A stretch of 64,000 bases of DNA from a virus. The translations under genes and the position numbers were made by a program. Location of the stretch: IMG/VR virus record IMGVR_UViG_3300007512_000025, positions 1-64,000 of that record. The stretch is one strand, 5' to 3'. The notes beneath the pieces were generated by a model. It searched no databases, was not told the origin of the DNA, and was given only the letters and a program-made list of their open reading frames with translations. This document shows, one piece after another, positions 9,466 to 19,785 of this stretch (position 1 is its first letter; every line of letters begins with the position of its first letter).

Positions 9466-10476
9466 ATGTTAAAGAAAATTTTTTATGGAATATTGGCAAC
9501 AGTAGCAGCCACGGGTTGTTATACTGATTACCAAGTAGTTTACAGCAATAGGGACGCTGGGACTGGAACTGAATATATAGAGGTAGTAGAGGTTCCAATA
9601 TATGTCGAAGTAGAGGTGCCATCTGACCCCGGTCTAATTTGGGTTGACTCATTCACCCAGCCACAAAGTGTAGATGGCGTAGACATTCTGTGGGTTATCG
9701 ACACTTCCGGCTCAATGAACCGTTTCGACCCACAATTGATGGCTGGTATTGAGGCTATGATGGAGGCATTGCCTGAATCGGGGTGGAGACTCGCCATGAT
9801 GAGCAACGACCCGTCACAGGCTTCCATCGAAGCGCAATTCCCCCTTGTACCCGGCGATGATATAGATGATGCCATGGACATGTATACTGCAATGGGCAGA
9901 GGGCACAGGGAAGAAGGCTTCGACGCTGCCTATGAATACATTGTTAACAACTCTTATGCTCAGACTTGGATGAGGCATGATGCTGCTTTATTAATTGTTA
10001 TGGTTTCCGACGAGGAAGACCAATCAGATGACCATTTCCCAGTTGTCGATGATTTTATTAGTTGGTATGGAATCCAGCGCAGTGGCTCTGCGTTTATAGC
10101 GAGCATTGTCAATGTGGCGCAGGCAGATTCGGTTTGTGCCACACCACCTAATGCTATTGATATTGGCGACAGATATGTGGAAGCCACAAACTGGTTCGCA
10201 GGCACAGTGGTTGACATTTGTTCAGAAGATTGGTCACCCGGCGTTACCGATGCCTCTAGTCAGTTGGAACCATACGAGTCCATCACGCTCACCCATGAGG
10301 CAATCGCCGATTCAATTAGAGTGTTTGCTAACGGCTCGTTATATCACGATTGGTACTATGTATCAACCGATAATACGGTTTATTTTTCGGTGATTCCAGA
10401 CTCAGGCGCTTTGGTTGAGGTTGGGTATCGCTATCATGAAGAAGAACAGGACACCGGCATGGACACGGGCCCATAA
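9466..10476 (+). CDS. vWA-domain lipoprotein
   Basis: Lipobox ATGC; VDILWVIDTSGSM MIDAS DxSxS; IVMVSDEEDQS. Confidence 0.85.
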   Translation: MLKKIFYGILATVAATGCYTDYQVVYSNRDAGTGTEYIEVVEVPIYVEVEVPSDPGLIWVDSFTQPQSVDGVDILWVIDTSGSMNRFDPQLMAGIEAMMEALPESGWRLAMMSNDPSQASIEAQFPLVPGDDIDDAMDMYTAMGRGHREEGFDAAYEYIVNNSYAQTWMRHDAALLIVMVSDEEDQSDDHFPVVDDFISWYGIQRSGSAFIASIVNVAQADSVCATPPNAIDIGDRYVEATNWFAGTVVDICSEDWSPGVTDASSQLEPYESITLTHEAIADSIRVFANGSLYHDWYYVSTDNTVYFSVIPDSGALVEVGYRYHEEEQDTGMDTGP

Positions 10477-10506
10477 AGAAGGAAATATGCAACGGAGAAC
10501 AATAAA

Positions 10507-10692
10507 ATGTATGACAAGTATTCTAAAAAGAAAAAGTTGGCACAACTCCGCATGTACCTTGAGCAGCGTGAAGAAAGATTAAAAAGAACCCAAGAAGTTC
10601 GGCAGCGACGGGCAACCATCAAAAGGTATTTTTGGCGGCTGTCCGTTTCTGCATTAATTGCAGCAACGATTGTTGTGGCGCTATACTTATAA
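10507..10692 (+). CDS. Small basic protein with C-terminal TM helix
   Basis: SD GGAG; hydrophobic C-terminus. Confidence 0.6.
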   Translation: MYDKYSKKKKLAQLRMYLEQREERLKRTQEVRQRRATIKRYFWRLSVSALIAATIVVALYL

Positions 10693-10717
10693 CACAATTA
10701 CTGGGAGGTAAAAATGG

Positions 10718-10936
10718 ATGGAAAAGAAAGATGAAATAAAAAAATTTCTTTTGGAGCAGTTCGCTGGTCGATTCCGCACGGAAACTGAACTAGACGAATT
10801 TGCAGAAGAATTACTCAAATCGGCAGAGAAGCAGGACGCACTAGAACGCGCTCGTTATGCCAAAGTGTGGAAAAAGGAGGAAATTGAACAGTTGGGTATT
10901 GAAGTCAAGCCTGTTGATTGGCAGCAATTTGATTGA
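10718..10936 (+). CDS. Hypothetical protein
   Basis: SD GGAGG; compact ORF. Confidence 0.65.
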   Translation: MEKKDEIKKFLLEQFAGRFRTETELDEFAEELLKSAEKQDALERARYAKVWKKEEIEQLGIEVKPVDWQQFD

Positions 10937-10971
10937 TGCTGCTGGTTTAGTCTGTCAAAATCGCTTATCAA

Positions 10972-10979
10972 ACTATTTA
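10972..10979 (+). promoter_or_regulatory. Putative late promoter (ACTATTTA) for tape-measure operon
   Basis: Recurrent intergenic motif. Confidence 0.65.
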
Positions 10980-11007
10980 TATTATGCTGTACGTTGCGGC
11001 GTAATAA

Positions 11008-11364
11008 ATGGAGTATATTATCATGAATGAGCAAGAGCGCGAGAGAGAAGAAATTGTTATTGACCTTGGAGCCGCGAGGCGTGGAGAGTTGAATGAAATT
11101 TTCTTCCGTGCGTTTGGTTGGGGTGTGCAAAAGTTGCTCGGGATGATGTTCGGCAGTTCAGCCGCCATCCCCGTCAAAATCAAAGGGAACCAGCAGGAGA
11201 TTGCTGCTTTTTCATCTGCGATTGGCAAAGAAAAAAGATACATGAAAACTGCTGCCAAATACGGACTCAACAACCCCAAGACTTATAAAGATAAGTATGC
11301 TTTGAGAAAAGCCGCAGCGAATTTTGAAAAGAAAACAGGCATCAAATGGCCCTTTAAAGGTTAA
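11008..11364 (+). CDS. Hypothetical protein, likely late/virion-associated
   Basis: Behind late motif, directly before tape measure. Confidence 0.7.
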   Translation: MEYIIMNEQEREREEIVIDLGAARRGELNEIFFRAFGWGVQKLLGMMFGSSAAIPVKIKGNQQEIAAFSSAIGKEKRYMKTAAKYGLNNPKTYKDKYALRKAAANFEKKTGIKWPFKG

Positions 11365-11393
11365 CTGATAGTCATAAACGGAGAACCATTTGA

Positions 11394-14300
11394 ATGGCAG
11401 GTAACGGACCAAGCGTAAGCCCAGAACAACTAGCAATGATGGACCAGCTTAATCAAAAGCTGGCAAGTGCAGAAGTTACCGCAGCCGAGTACGCTGAAGC
11501 TGTAAAGCAAGGCGGGCTTGAGACTGCTCATGCGGTAACTCAACTGGATGCGATGATAGCCAAGTTCCAGACTCTTCTGGACAACGCTAACAAGCTGGGT
11601 ATTTCCCTCGGGCAAATCCAGACGCTTCAGGGTAGCCTTAATGATGCCCAAGCTGAATCAAATTCTCTGAAAAACGGCGAGTTAACCCTTCAAGAATCCA
11701 CAAGCGCCAAGATAGCACAAAAGAAGGCAAAGCAGGATAAGCTAACCGCCGCCCAGAAAGCGTTCAATAAAGAAATTGAAGGTGCGAATGTTTGGGGTCA
11801 AGATTTCTTAATGAAACTCGCCCAAGGCGAGACTGCCATGGAAGCCCTTATTGGCAAAGGTGCCAACCTTAACAGTGTAATGGATAAAATCGGCGCAGGC
11901 GCGATGTTAGCCATGCGAGATTCATTCCTTGCAACGATTGGAACTGCCGACAACATGCAAGCCTCGTTCAACGCAATGTCGGGGCAAGCAGGTGCGATGA
12001 ATGACACCATCCTGAGCGCCCACCGTGGTGTTGGCTCGCTTGGCGTCAGTATGGAAAAATCAGGCGCAGCAGCGCAAGCACTTTATTCAGATTTTAATCA
12101 GTTCTCCAGCATGAATTCTAGCCTGCAAACAGAAATGATTCAAACAACTGCTTCGTTGGAAAACTTGGGTATTTCTTCTGCCACCACCGCAGGCAATATC
12201 GCTTTGGCAACAAATGCATTTGGAATGACGGCAACAGAATCGGTTGCACTACAGGATGACCTAGCAAAAACCGCAATGGCTATTGGTATGCCCCCTGCAA
12301 CGCTTGCAGCCGAATTCGCCAAAGCCGCTCCGCAGCTTTCAGTATACGGCGCAAAGGGCATCGAGGTCTTCAAGAACATGGCAGCAGCCTCCAAGGGCTT
12401 GGGCATGGAAATGGGCACCCTCCTTAATCTGACTTCACAATTTGATACGTTTGAGGGCGCAGCCAATGCCGCTGGCAGCTTGAACTCAATCCTCGGAGGC
12501 GACTTGCTCAACTCCATGGATATGCTCAATGCCACGGAAGACGAAAGAATTAGAATGATTCTTCAGGCGACAGATGCTTCTGGTAAGCAGTGGTCAACCA
12601 TGGGCAAGTTTGAGAAGATGGCGGTTGCTAATGCTGCTGGCATCACAGACATGGCTGAGGCAAATAAATTATTTGGCGGCGGGCTTAAAGGCTACGACGA
12701 TGCTCAGAAGGCAATGGCAGACAACGCTGTAGCTGAAGCTGAACTGGCTGAGGCTAAAGCAGCAGCAGTCTCCATGGGCGAAAAGATGAAGATTATGATG
12801 CAGCAACTTGCGGTCGCAATACAACCTGCAATTAATTTTGTTCATGCAATGTTGAACGGTGTCTTGAAACTTAATGATGCTTTCGGCGGCGTGTTGCTTC
12901 CGGTTCTGGTTGGCGGCATCGCGGTAATTTGGGCGGGTGTCAACGCTTTTCAGTTTTATCAGAAAGCGCAAAAAGCAGTCGCCATCGGCAAAGCTTTGCT
13001 CGCTGGCGAATCCCTAAAAGAAGTAGCTGCATCAGGTGCGAGTGCCGCTGCTAAAGGAACAGAAGGCGTAGCCTGTGGCGCATTAGCGACATGCAAGAAA
13101 TTTGAAAAAGCAGCCACGGACTCAAGCACTCGTTCCACAAATATGGGCGTCTTGGCACACATTCGGTCAGGCGCTATCAAAGTAGCCAATACCGCTAGGA
13201 CTTGGGCTTTGCTCGCCGCAGAAAGGGCACTCACAGCAGTGAGATGGCTCGGGGCGAAAGCGTCAGCGTTCATGGCTTGGGCACTTGGTGGTCAGGCTTC
13301 TGCTCAAACCCTCGTCGCCAGAACAGCCAAACCAGCCGCTGCTGCATCAGGGAGTTTCGGGAAAGCGATGCAGACGCTCGGTCATCCAAAAGTCCTCATC
13401 GGCATCGCTGCCATTGCCCTCCTTGCCCTCGGGCTAGGAGTTCTGGCTCACGGTGTTGCAAAGATTATTGGGGGGCTGACTGAAATGCTTCGGCTTTTTA
13501 TGTCGGCACCGGACGCAATCATCCCCGCAGTTCTTGGGCTGGCAATGGTCGCTGCTGTAGTTTATGGCATCGCATGGGCTTTCGCTACGCTCGCTCCAAT
13601 CGCACCCCTCGCGATGATGGCTATGATTCAGATTGGTATCGGCATGATGTTTCTTGCGGTTCCCATAATGCTGTTGTCTGTGGGCATAGCGATGATGGGT
13701 AACGCACTGGCATTGATGGATACAGCGACGATGTTACAGTTCGCAATGGTGTTGCCAATCTTTGCGTGGGCTTTGATGGCTTCTATTGTTCCAATGATGA
13801 TTGCCGCAGCATTCTTTGCACCCGCCGCTTTCGCCATCGGTCTTGGTTTAGCATTTATTGGTCTTGGTCTTCAATTAATTGCACCTAATGTTTCTAGTAT
13901 GCCCATGCTCGCCATCGGCTTGATGGCTCTCGGATGGGGCTTGCTCGCTGCCGCTTTCCCAATGTGGCTTGCGTCAATCTTTTTTGCGCCCGCTGCGGTT
14001 CTTGTCGGCATCGGCTTGGCTGCACTTGGTCTGGGCTTGAATCTTATTGCCCCCAATGTTGGTGCCATGCCGGGTGTTGCTCTGGGCTTGGTCGCGCTTG
14101 GTTGGGGCTTATACGCCGCAGCCTTCCCAATGTGGCTCGCCTCAATCTTTTTTGCACCCGCAGCGATTTTTGTCGGCATTGGTTTGGCTGCGCTCGGTCT
14201 GGGCTTAAAATTAATCGTACCACATGTACCAGCAATGGCAATGCTAGGTCCAAACTTGATTCTTCTCGCCATTGGTCTTTATTTTGCAGTGCCACTACTT

Positions 14301-16214
14301 CTCGCTGTTGGTATTCCTTTGGTCATCGCAGGCATACTTATTGGATATGGTGGGTTGATGTTGGGGCTGGGTCTGGGTGCCCTTGGTTTGGGCGTCGGAA
14401 AGTTAATGCCGCATCTTCCAAACATGGGCTTGCTTGCTATAATGTTGCCGCTCCTTGCTGCTGCTCTGATGTGGTCAGCTACCCCGCTTCTTATTGCAGG
14501 CGTCTTGCTGCTCGCCGCTGGCGTGCCATTTGGTTTGGGCGCAGCGATGATTGGCATCGGACTCTGGGCACTTACAGCTACGTCCGCAGATTGGCCAACA
14601 TTATTGATTTTGCCTGCCGTCGCCATGGCATTGATGATGGCTGCTCCGATGTTATTCTGGGCGGGGCTTGCGATGCTCAACGCAGGACCGGGATTTATTG
14701 TTGGCGCAATTTTGATTGGAATTGGTATGGCGATTCTTGCGAATCCGTTGATGCAATTTGCTCAGGCGATTGCGGTTCTAGGTCCGTTTATTCCCGCACT
14801 GCCAGCTTTGGCAATGGGTCTAATCATGCTCGGCTTTGCCTTGCCAATCTTTGGATTTGGATTGTTGATGCTTGGCATCGTTGCTTCACTGCCGTTCTTC
14901 TCTACGGGGCTTGATGTTTTAACTGAGGCACTTTATGTGTTTGCAGACGCAATGTCTGGAATTCCAACAGAGAAAGCTGTGGCGCTTGGACAAATTTTCC
15001 AAGGCTTGGGCGGGCTGACTGACATGGCTGGCGTCGGCTCTGCGCTGATGGATTTCTCTTGGGGTGTTATGTTCTTGGGCTATGCCCTGACCTTCATGCC
15101 CGATGGTGCCGACTTGATGGCGATGGCAGAAGGACTCAAGATGTTCGCGGAGACAGGCGCAAAACATGTTCTACCTGTATCCATTGCTCTTTATTCAGCC
15201 GCACCTTATCTACTCGCAGCAGCATTTTTACTGGCACCAGCAGCCTTCTGGCTTGCAGTCGCTGGTCCACCTCTTGCATGGGCGATGTTCTGGATATCGA
15301 CAGCATTCGGCTTCATGGGCGAGGGGCCAGCGAAGGCTGGCATGGAAGCGGTTAACCAGAATTTCTTGGGAGCAGCAATTGGATTGTTTATTGGTGCGCC
15401 TTTGTTATTCTTTGCTTCTATATGGTTATTCTTTGCTGCACCGCTGTTCTTTATCGCCGCCTTCTTTATTGCCTTGGGAATGTCGATGCTGAACGAGCCG
15501 CTGTTGCAGTTTACGATGACCATGCTGTTATTGGCACCCATCGCGGGAGCCTTACCTGCGCTAGCGTATGGTTTGTTCTTGCTGGGACTCGCTTTGCCTG
15601 TCTTTGGGTGGGGATTGTTTATGCTCGGCATCTTTGCTTCTCTACCATTCTTCCGTACAGGGCTTAGTGTACTCACTGAAGCACTTTATATATTCGCTGA
15701 TGCCATGTCTACAATTCCAGTTGAGAAGGCGGTCGCTCTTGGGCAGATTTTCACGGGTCTTGCTGCAATGACAGATATGGATGCGATGGCTGACGGGCTA
15801 TACACTGTTGCCGGGGCAATCTGGTTCCTGTCTTGGATTATGGGAACCATCCCAGAAGAAACATTAATGAAGATGAAGATGGTCTTTGACACTGCCCTTG
15901 ACCCACTTAATCAATTGGCAACAAACTTGACCCCAGAGGTGGTTACAAACGCCAGCGGTCTGGTAACAGAGGCTGAACGGTATGGTATCGCTCAGGCGTC
16001 GATGAAGGGCTTTGACCAAGATGCATTTGCTCAGGCTGTTGTCGGCGCTGCTAAGGCTGCTGGAGGCGGCGAAGGCAGTGGTGAGAAGGGTTCCGGCGGC
16101 GGCGAAGGCGGCGGCGGCAAGGGTCAGGATGTTGTTCTGGTTCTTAACGAGAGAGAATTTGGACGTGCAATTGAAGTTTATATGAACAAGAGAATTCCTT
16201 TGGGAGTGTCCTAA
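11394..16214 (+). CDS. Tail tape measure protein with very long hydrophobic repeat region
   Basis: 1606 aa, Ala/Gly-rich helical N-half with FDTFEGAANAAGSLN-type motif; position between tail chaperones and baseplate genes. Confidence 0.85.
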   Translation: MAGNGPSVSPEQLAMMDQLNQKLASAEVTAAEYAEAVKQGGLETAHAVTQLDAMIAKFQTLLDNANKLGISLGQIQTLQGSLNDAQAESNSLKNGELTLQESTSAKIAQKKAKQDKLTAAQKAFNKEIEGANVWGQDFLMKLAQGETAMEALIGKGANLNSVMDKIGAGAMLAMRDSFLATIGTADNMQASFNAMSGQAGAMNDTILSAHRGVGSLGVSMEKSGAAAQALYSDFNQFSSMNSSLQTEMIQTTASLENLGISSATTAGNIALATNAFGMTATESVALQDDLAKTAMAIGMPPATLAAEFAKAAPQLSVYGAKGIEVFKNMAAASKGLGMEMGTLLNLTSQFDTFEGAANAAGSLNSILGGDLLNSMDMLNATEDERIRMILQATDASGKQWSTMGKFEKMAVANAAGITDMAEANKLFGGGLKGYDDAQKAMADNAVAEAELAEAKAAAVSMGEKMKIMMQQLAVAIQPAINFVHAMLNGVLKLNDAFGGVLLPVLVGGIAVIWAGVNAFQFYQKAQKAVAIGKALLAGESLKEVAASGASAAAKGTEGVACGALATCKKFEKAATDSSTRSTNMGVLAHIRSGAIKVANTARTWALLAAERALTAVRWLGAKASAFMAWALGGQASAQTLVARTAKPAAAASGSFGKAMQTLGHPKVLIGIAAIALLALGLGVLAHGVAKIIGGLTEMLRLFMSAPDAIIPAVLGLAMVAAVVYGIAWAFATLAPIAPLAMMAMIQIGIGMMFLAVPIMLLSVGIAMMGNALALMDTATMLQFAMVLPIFAWALMASIVPMMIAAAFFAPAAFAIGLGLAFIGLGLQLIAPNVSSMPMLAIGLMALGWGLLAAAFPMWLASIFFAPAAVLVGIGLAALGLGLNLIAPNVGAMPGVALGLVALGWGLYAAAFPMWLASIFFAPAAIFVGIGLAALGLGLKLIVPHVPAMAMLGPNLILLAIGLYFAVPLLLAVGIPLVIAGILIGYGGLMLGLGLGALGLGVGKLMPHLPNMGLLAIMLPLLAAALMWSATPLLIAGVLLLAAGVPFGLGAAMIGIGLWALTATSADWPTLLILPAVAMALMMAAPMLFWAGLAMLNAGPGFIVGAILIGIGMAILANPLMQFAQAIAVLGPFIPALPALAMGLIMLGFALPIFGFGLLMLGIVASLPFFSTGLDVLTEALYVFADAMSGIPTEKAVALGQIFQGLGGLTDMAGVGSALMDFSWGVMFLGYALTFMPDGADLMAMAEGLKMFAETGAKHVLPVSIALYSAAPYLLAAAFLLAPAAFWLAVAGPPLAWAMFWISTAFGFMGEGPAKAGMEAVNQNFLGAAIGLFIGAPLLFFASIWLFFAAPLFFIAAFFIALGMSMLNEPLLQFTMTMLLLAPIAGALPALAYGLFLLGLALPVFGWGLFMLGIFASLPFFRTGLSVLTEALYIFADAMSTIPVEKAVALGQIFTGLAAMTDMDAMADGLYTVAGAIWFLSWIMGTIPEETLMKMKMVFDTALDPLNQLATNLTPEVVTNASGLVTEAERYGIAQASMKGFDQDAFAQAVVGAAKAAGGGEGSGEKGSGGGEGGGGKGQDVVLVLNEREFGRAIEVYMNKRIPLGVS
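13791..14294 (+). repeat. Three tandem 168-nt (56-aa) hydrophobic repeats within tape measure
   Basis: PMWLASIFFAPAA..VGIGLAALGLGL.LI.P.V unit; TTCCCAATGTGGCT at 13956 and 14124. Confidence 0.85.
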
Positions 16215-16237
16215 TTAATATGATGGAGGAAAGATAA

Positions 16238-17032
16238 ATGGCAGACTATGGTTGGTCAGATGGCACGTTTGATAGTGGCATGGAAGGCGATAATACAGAC
16301 TTGCTTGCGAATTTAAAAGGTCTTGTTATTGACATTTTTCATATTCCGTCAAAGTCGAATGTTGTCTTTAAGGCGTTTGTTACGTCTTATCAGGATAAGT
16401 TTGCATCGGAGTATAACACGGAAGATGTTTATGGGCGCATGGACCCCATTCAAACCTTCAAGGCAACCAAAAGAAATATTTCTTTGGGGTGGGACGTTGT
16501 TTCTGCCTCGGCAAAAGAAGCAAAAGAAAACTTAGAGCGTTGTACAAGATTATTCCAGATGCTATACCCGTCGTATGCCGCCACAGGCGCATCATCCGCG
16601 CCTACTACCGGGTCAGCCGGTGAATCTGTGGCTGGCACAGCAAGTACGATTACTGGTGGACCTATTTTTAGATTAAAGTTTGCCAATCTCATCCAAGATG
16701 TATCGGCTGAGATTAGCGAAGGCTCTGCAACTTCAGCAGAAATTGCTGGGCTTGTTGGGACAATCAGCGGGTTCACTTATGAGCCGGATTTTGACGCTGG
16801 CTTTTTTGATGAAGGTATCGGTACTCTATACCCACAGACAATTAATTTGTCTATGGAATATACTGTCAACCATACTCATGAATTGGGCTGGAAAGCCGAA
16901 GGCGCTGACTCGAAAAACCGTACCCATGCATTCCCGTACAACAATAGTGGCGAAGAACCCGAGGTCGGCACTCCCACAACTGATGACCCCGACGAGGCAG
17001 AAGCAGCGGGCGGCGAAACGACTGGCGCGTGA
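16238..17032 (+). CDS. Baseplate tube-initiator / tail-tube-like protein
   Basis: After tape measure; VYGRMDPI.TF..T.R.ISL, P.FRLKFANLI, YPQ.INLSM. Confidence 0.7.
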   Translation: MADYGWSDGTFDSGMEGDNTDLLANLKGLVIDIFHIPSKSNVVFKAFVTSYQDKFASEYNTEDVYGRMDPIQTFKATKRNISLGWDVVSASAKEAKENLERCTRLFQMLYPSYAATGASSAPTTGSAGESVAGTASTITGGPIFRLKFANLIQDVSAEISEGSATSAEIAGLVGTISGFTYEPDFDAGFFDEGIGTLYPQTINLSMEYTVNHTHELGWKAEGADSKNRTHAFPYNNSGEEPEVGTPTTDDPDEAEAAGGETTGA

Positions 17033-17065
17033 TTCCCATGGTCAGTATAATATAGGAGATAAATA

Positions 17066-17410
17066 ATGGCAGGCAGCAGATACGACAGCAAAAGACCAAA
17101 GGTTAACACAACCGATGTTTATGAAGAACTTCGGGAAGAACGTGGTGTTTCAAAAATCACTCATTACCAAACTGCCAATCTGACTCATCCGACCGTTGAG
17201 CAGCGACGGCAGCTTGAAAGGATTGGGCATATTTGGAAGGTAGGAGACAGATTCTATAAGCTTGCACATGCTCACTATGGCGACACCCGCTACTGGTGGG
17301 TGATAGCTTGGTACAATAAGAAACCAACAGAGTCGCATATAAAAATAGGCGACACTATTAAAATTCCTCACCCTCTGCACAAGGTGCTGGGATTCATGAG
17401 GAATGAATAA
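17066..17410 (+). CDS. Baseplate LysM/gp53-like (tail X-like) protein
   Basis: GDRFYKLAHAHYGDTRYWWVIAWYN...IKIGDTIKIP. Confidence 0.85.
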   Translation: MAGSRYDSKRPKVNTTDVYEELREERGVSKITHYQTANLTHPTVEQRRQLERIGHIWKVGDRFYKLAHAHYGDTRYWWVIAWYNKKPTESHIKIGDTIKIPHPLHKVLGFMRNE

Positions 17411-19770
17411 TGGCAGACCCAGAAGTCATAGAGAATGAAGAAGATGCATTAGAAGCAAGGCGCCTGCAAGAGCAGTGCTTTTTAATTAATAGTTTTGAAG
17501 GCTTTGCTGAGTCCAATATGGAGAAGACATATGAAAATTTTATTCCCATTCAGCATGATAGCCCAATGGAGGTTGTCCAGAAGCTGTTAGCCATCCCAGA
17601 CCTTATGGGGCTGATGTCTATCAAGCCTTATTTACTCTCTGCCTTGGTTCCACAGATACGACTTTATAAAGTTCACTATGAAACTGTCTCAGCCAGCGGT
17701 ACTCCAATTGAAATGCCATTTGAAGACTTCTTGAGTGCGTCCATGTTGGAAAATATAACTGCTTCCGGCTCCCAGCGCGGCATGGGCGTCGGCTTAAAAA
17801 GTTTTGAGTGGGAGTTGCTTGGGACAAACCCCGCAGAATCAGATAATAATATTAAAGCAAAATTGAAATTGCACTTCAATACGCTTGAGGATTTCGTTAC
17901 GCCAAGAGGATACCATGCGGAGACAGAAACAGAAGTCTCTTACATGAATCTGATTGTCCCAGTCAAAAAGTTTAATCTAGATACCTCCGATAAGTGTGAC
18001 GATAAGCAGTCAGAAGGTCAGAGAAGTTATAATAATAAATACTTTCGGTTGAAGGTGTCAGTTGGCTATGGCACACCCGCAGGCTCAATCTGGGATGCAG
18101 CCGCTGAAGGTGCGGCTCTCAAGGGCGCAATTGACAACGCTAGACAGTTTTTTTACTTAACCCTTATTAGCCATTCGTTGGACTTTAGAGAAGACGGCTC
18201 GCTGGACTTGGAAGTTGAGTATGTGGCGGCGATGGAGGGCGCACTTATTCACCCTAAAGCGGATGTGCTGCTGATATCTGACCAAGCTGAAGCTATTATG
18301 GAGAATATAGAAGAACGTGCTGCCGAAGAAGCCGAGCAGCAGGAAGCGGTCGATGCAGAGACAGAGGCTAATTGCAAGAACGATGACGATGATACCGCAG
18401 AAGCAGATGATTTGGAAAAGCTGGAAGAAGACAACGCAGAAGCCAATGCCGATGACAAAGCTATTTTGTATAAGGCGATTTTATCAGCCTTGGAAGACAC
18501 AGGGGGAATTTATTCCTTTTCATTAGATGCTGAAGACGTGGGCGAGTTAAGCGGAGGGCAAGCTGCCAACGCCGATGACATTGAACGACCAACGTGGAGC
18601 AAATCAGATGTCATCCGCGAAACAAACAACCGTGCATCAGTGTCGGGTTCGACCGCTGAGTTGGGCGATGCTGTTGACAGTGCTGCCGATGATGGGGGTG
18701 CCGAAGCCGCCCAAGCTTCCGCTGCCGCCGAACCGGATGAACAGCAGATTATGTATTTTCACTTCGGCGACTTGTTGGACGTTGCATTGGGGGTCTTATA
18801 CAAAAACGGACACCCAAATGAACTTTCTGAAATAAAATGCCTGACGGGACCATATGTCTATTTCAATCCAAATTCAGGAAAACTATCGAGCCAATATAAC
18901 ATGTGTGATATTCCAATTGCAATGAACTTGTTTTCGGTTTGGTTCATGGACAATGTGGTAAAGCCGCAGCGACTAAAATACCCACTGAAACAATTTATTA
19001 AAGATGCAGTCACTGGGCTTGTCGGTGCTGCCATGAAACCGCAATGTTTCGGGAGCGACTATGGAGCAGCCCCAGCCTCCCTCAGTATGCAGCTAATAGA
19101 GGCACCAGCTACCAACGATGGTAAGTGTCGCGTCACCAACACCGACCCCGATGGAGCAGCCATCGGTGGCAAGCGCGTGGGCATCGACGCTATCATGCCC
19201 TATCCCGATGCCATCGACGCAGAAACGGCAAAGGCTTACTCGTATTTGTTCATGTATGTTTCCTCTGCTGGTGCCAATGCGTTTGGTCCACCTCAAGATG
19301 GCGAAGGCACGCGAGAAGAAAGAGATTCTAAGTTGGGCATTTATCATATGAGAATCGGCTCGGACTCTGGGCTGCTCAAGAAAGTTAAATTTAAAAAGAG
19401 CGACCAACCGTATGCTAGAGAAGCCCGCATGGAACAGGCGGGCGAACTTGATGGCGATTCGTTGAGGGAAAAATACGATGCAGATGTGGAGTTGTTTGGC
19501 AACGCTATATTTAAACCGGGTACACACTGCTATATTGACCCTACAACGGTTGGGGCAGGCGACCCCGCAAGAATTGAAACGCTAGCAAGAAGAATGGGGT
19601 TAGGTGGATACTTTATGGTAACAAAGGTCAAGTCGGCAATTGAAGCAGGAAAGTTTTCAACAGACCTTGAAACGATTTGGGTCGCCAGCGGGTCAGGTAA
19701 AGCCCCCACTGATGCATGTGGCGAGAGCGATGAAGAGTGTTCGGACGGGGCACCGGGTTCACCAGTATAA
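17410..19770 (+). CDS. Baseplate hub protein (gp27/VgrG-like)
   Basis: Synteny; C-terminal YDADVELFGN..FKPG..CYI...LGGYFMVTKV...I..G.F.T.L. Confidence 0.7.
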   Translation: MADPEVIENEEDALEARRLQEQCFLINSFEGFAESNMEKTYENFIPIQHDSPMEVVQKLLAIPDLMGLMSIKPYLLSALVPQIRLYKVHYETVSASGTPIEMPFEDFLSASMLENITASGSQRGMGVGLKSFEWELLGTNPAESDNNIKAKLKLHFNTLEDFVTPRGYHAETETEVSYMNLIVPVKKFNLDTSDKCDDKQSEGQRSYNNKYFRLKVSVGYGTPAGSIWDAAAEGAALKGAIDNARQFFYLTLISHSLDFREDGSLDLEVEYVAAMEGALIHPKADVLLISDQAEAIMENIEERAAEEAEQQEAVDAETEANCKNDDDDTAEADDLEKLEEDNAEANADDKAILYKAILSALEDTGGIYSFSLDAEDVGELSGGQAANADDIERPTWSKSDVIRETNNRASVSGSTAELGDAVDSAADDGGAEAAQASAAAEPDEQQIMYFHFGDLLDVALGVLYKNGHPNELSEIKCLTGPYVYFNPNSGKLSSQYNMCDIPIAMNLFSVWFMDNVVKPQRLKYPLKQFIKDAVTGLVGAAMKPQCFGSDYGAAPASLSMQLIEAPATNDGKCRVTNTDPDGAAIGGKRVGIDAIMPYPDAIDAETAKAYSYLFMYVSSAGANAFGPPQDGEGTREERDSKLGIYHMRIGSDSGLLKKVKFKKSDQPYAREARMEQAGELDGDSLREKYDADVELFGNAIFKPGTHCYIDPTTVGAGDPARIETLARRMGLGGYFMVTKVKSAIEAGKFSTDLETIWVASGSGKAPTDACGESDEECSDGAPGSPV

Positions 19771-19785
19771 GGGAGGATATGATTT

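Noticed and set aside
3518-19770. Bacterial contractile injection system (eCIS/tailocin) instead of a phage
   Set aside because: Capsid and neck genes plus a full replication module are contiguous with the tail genes
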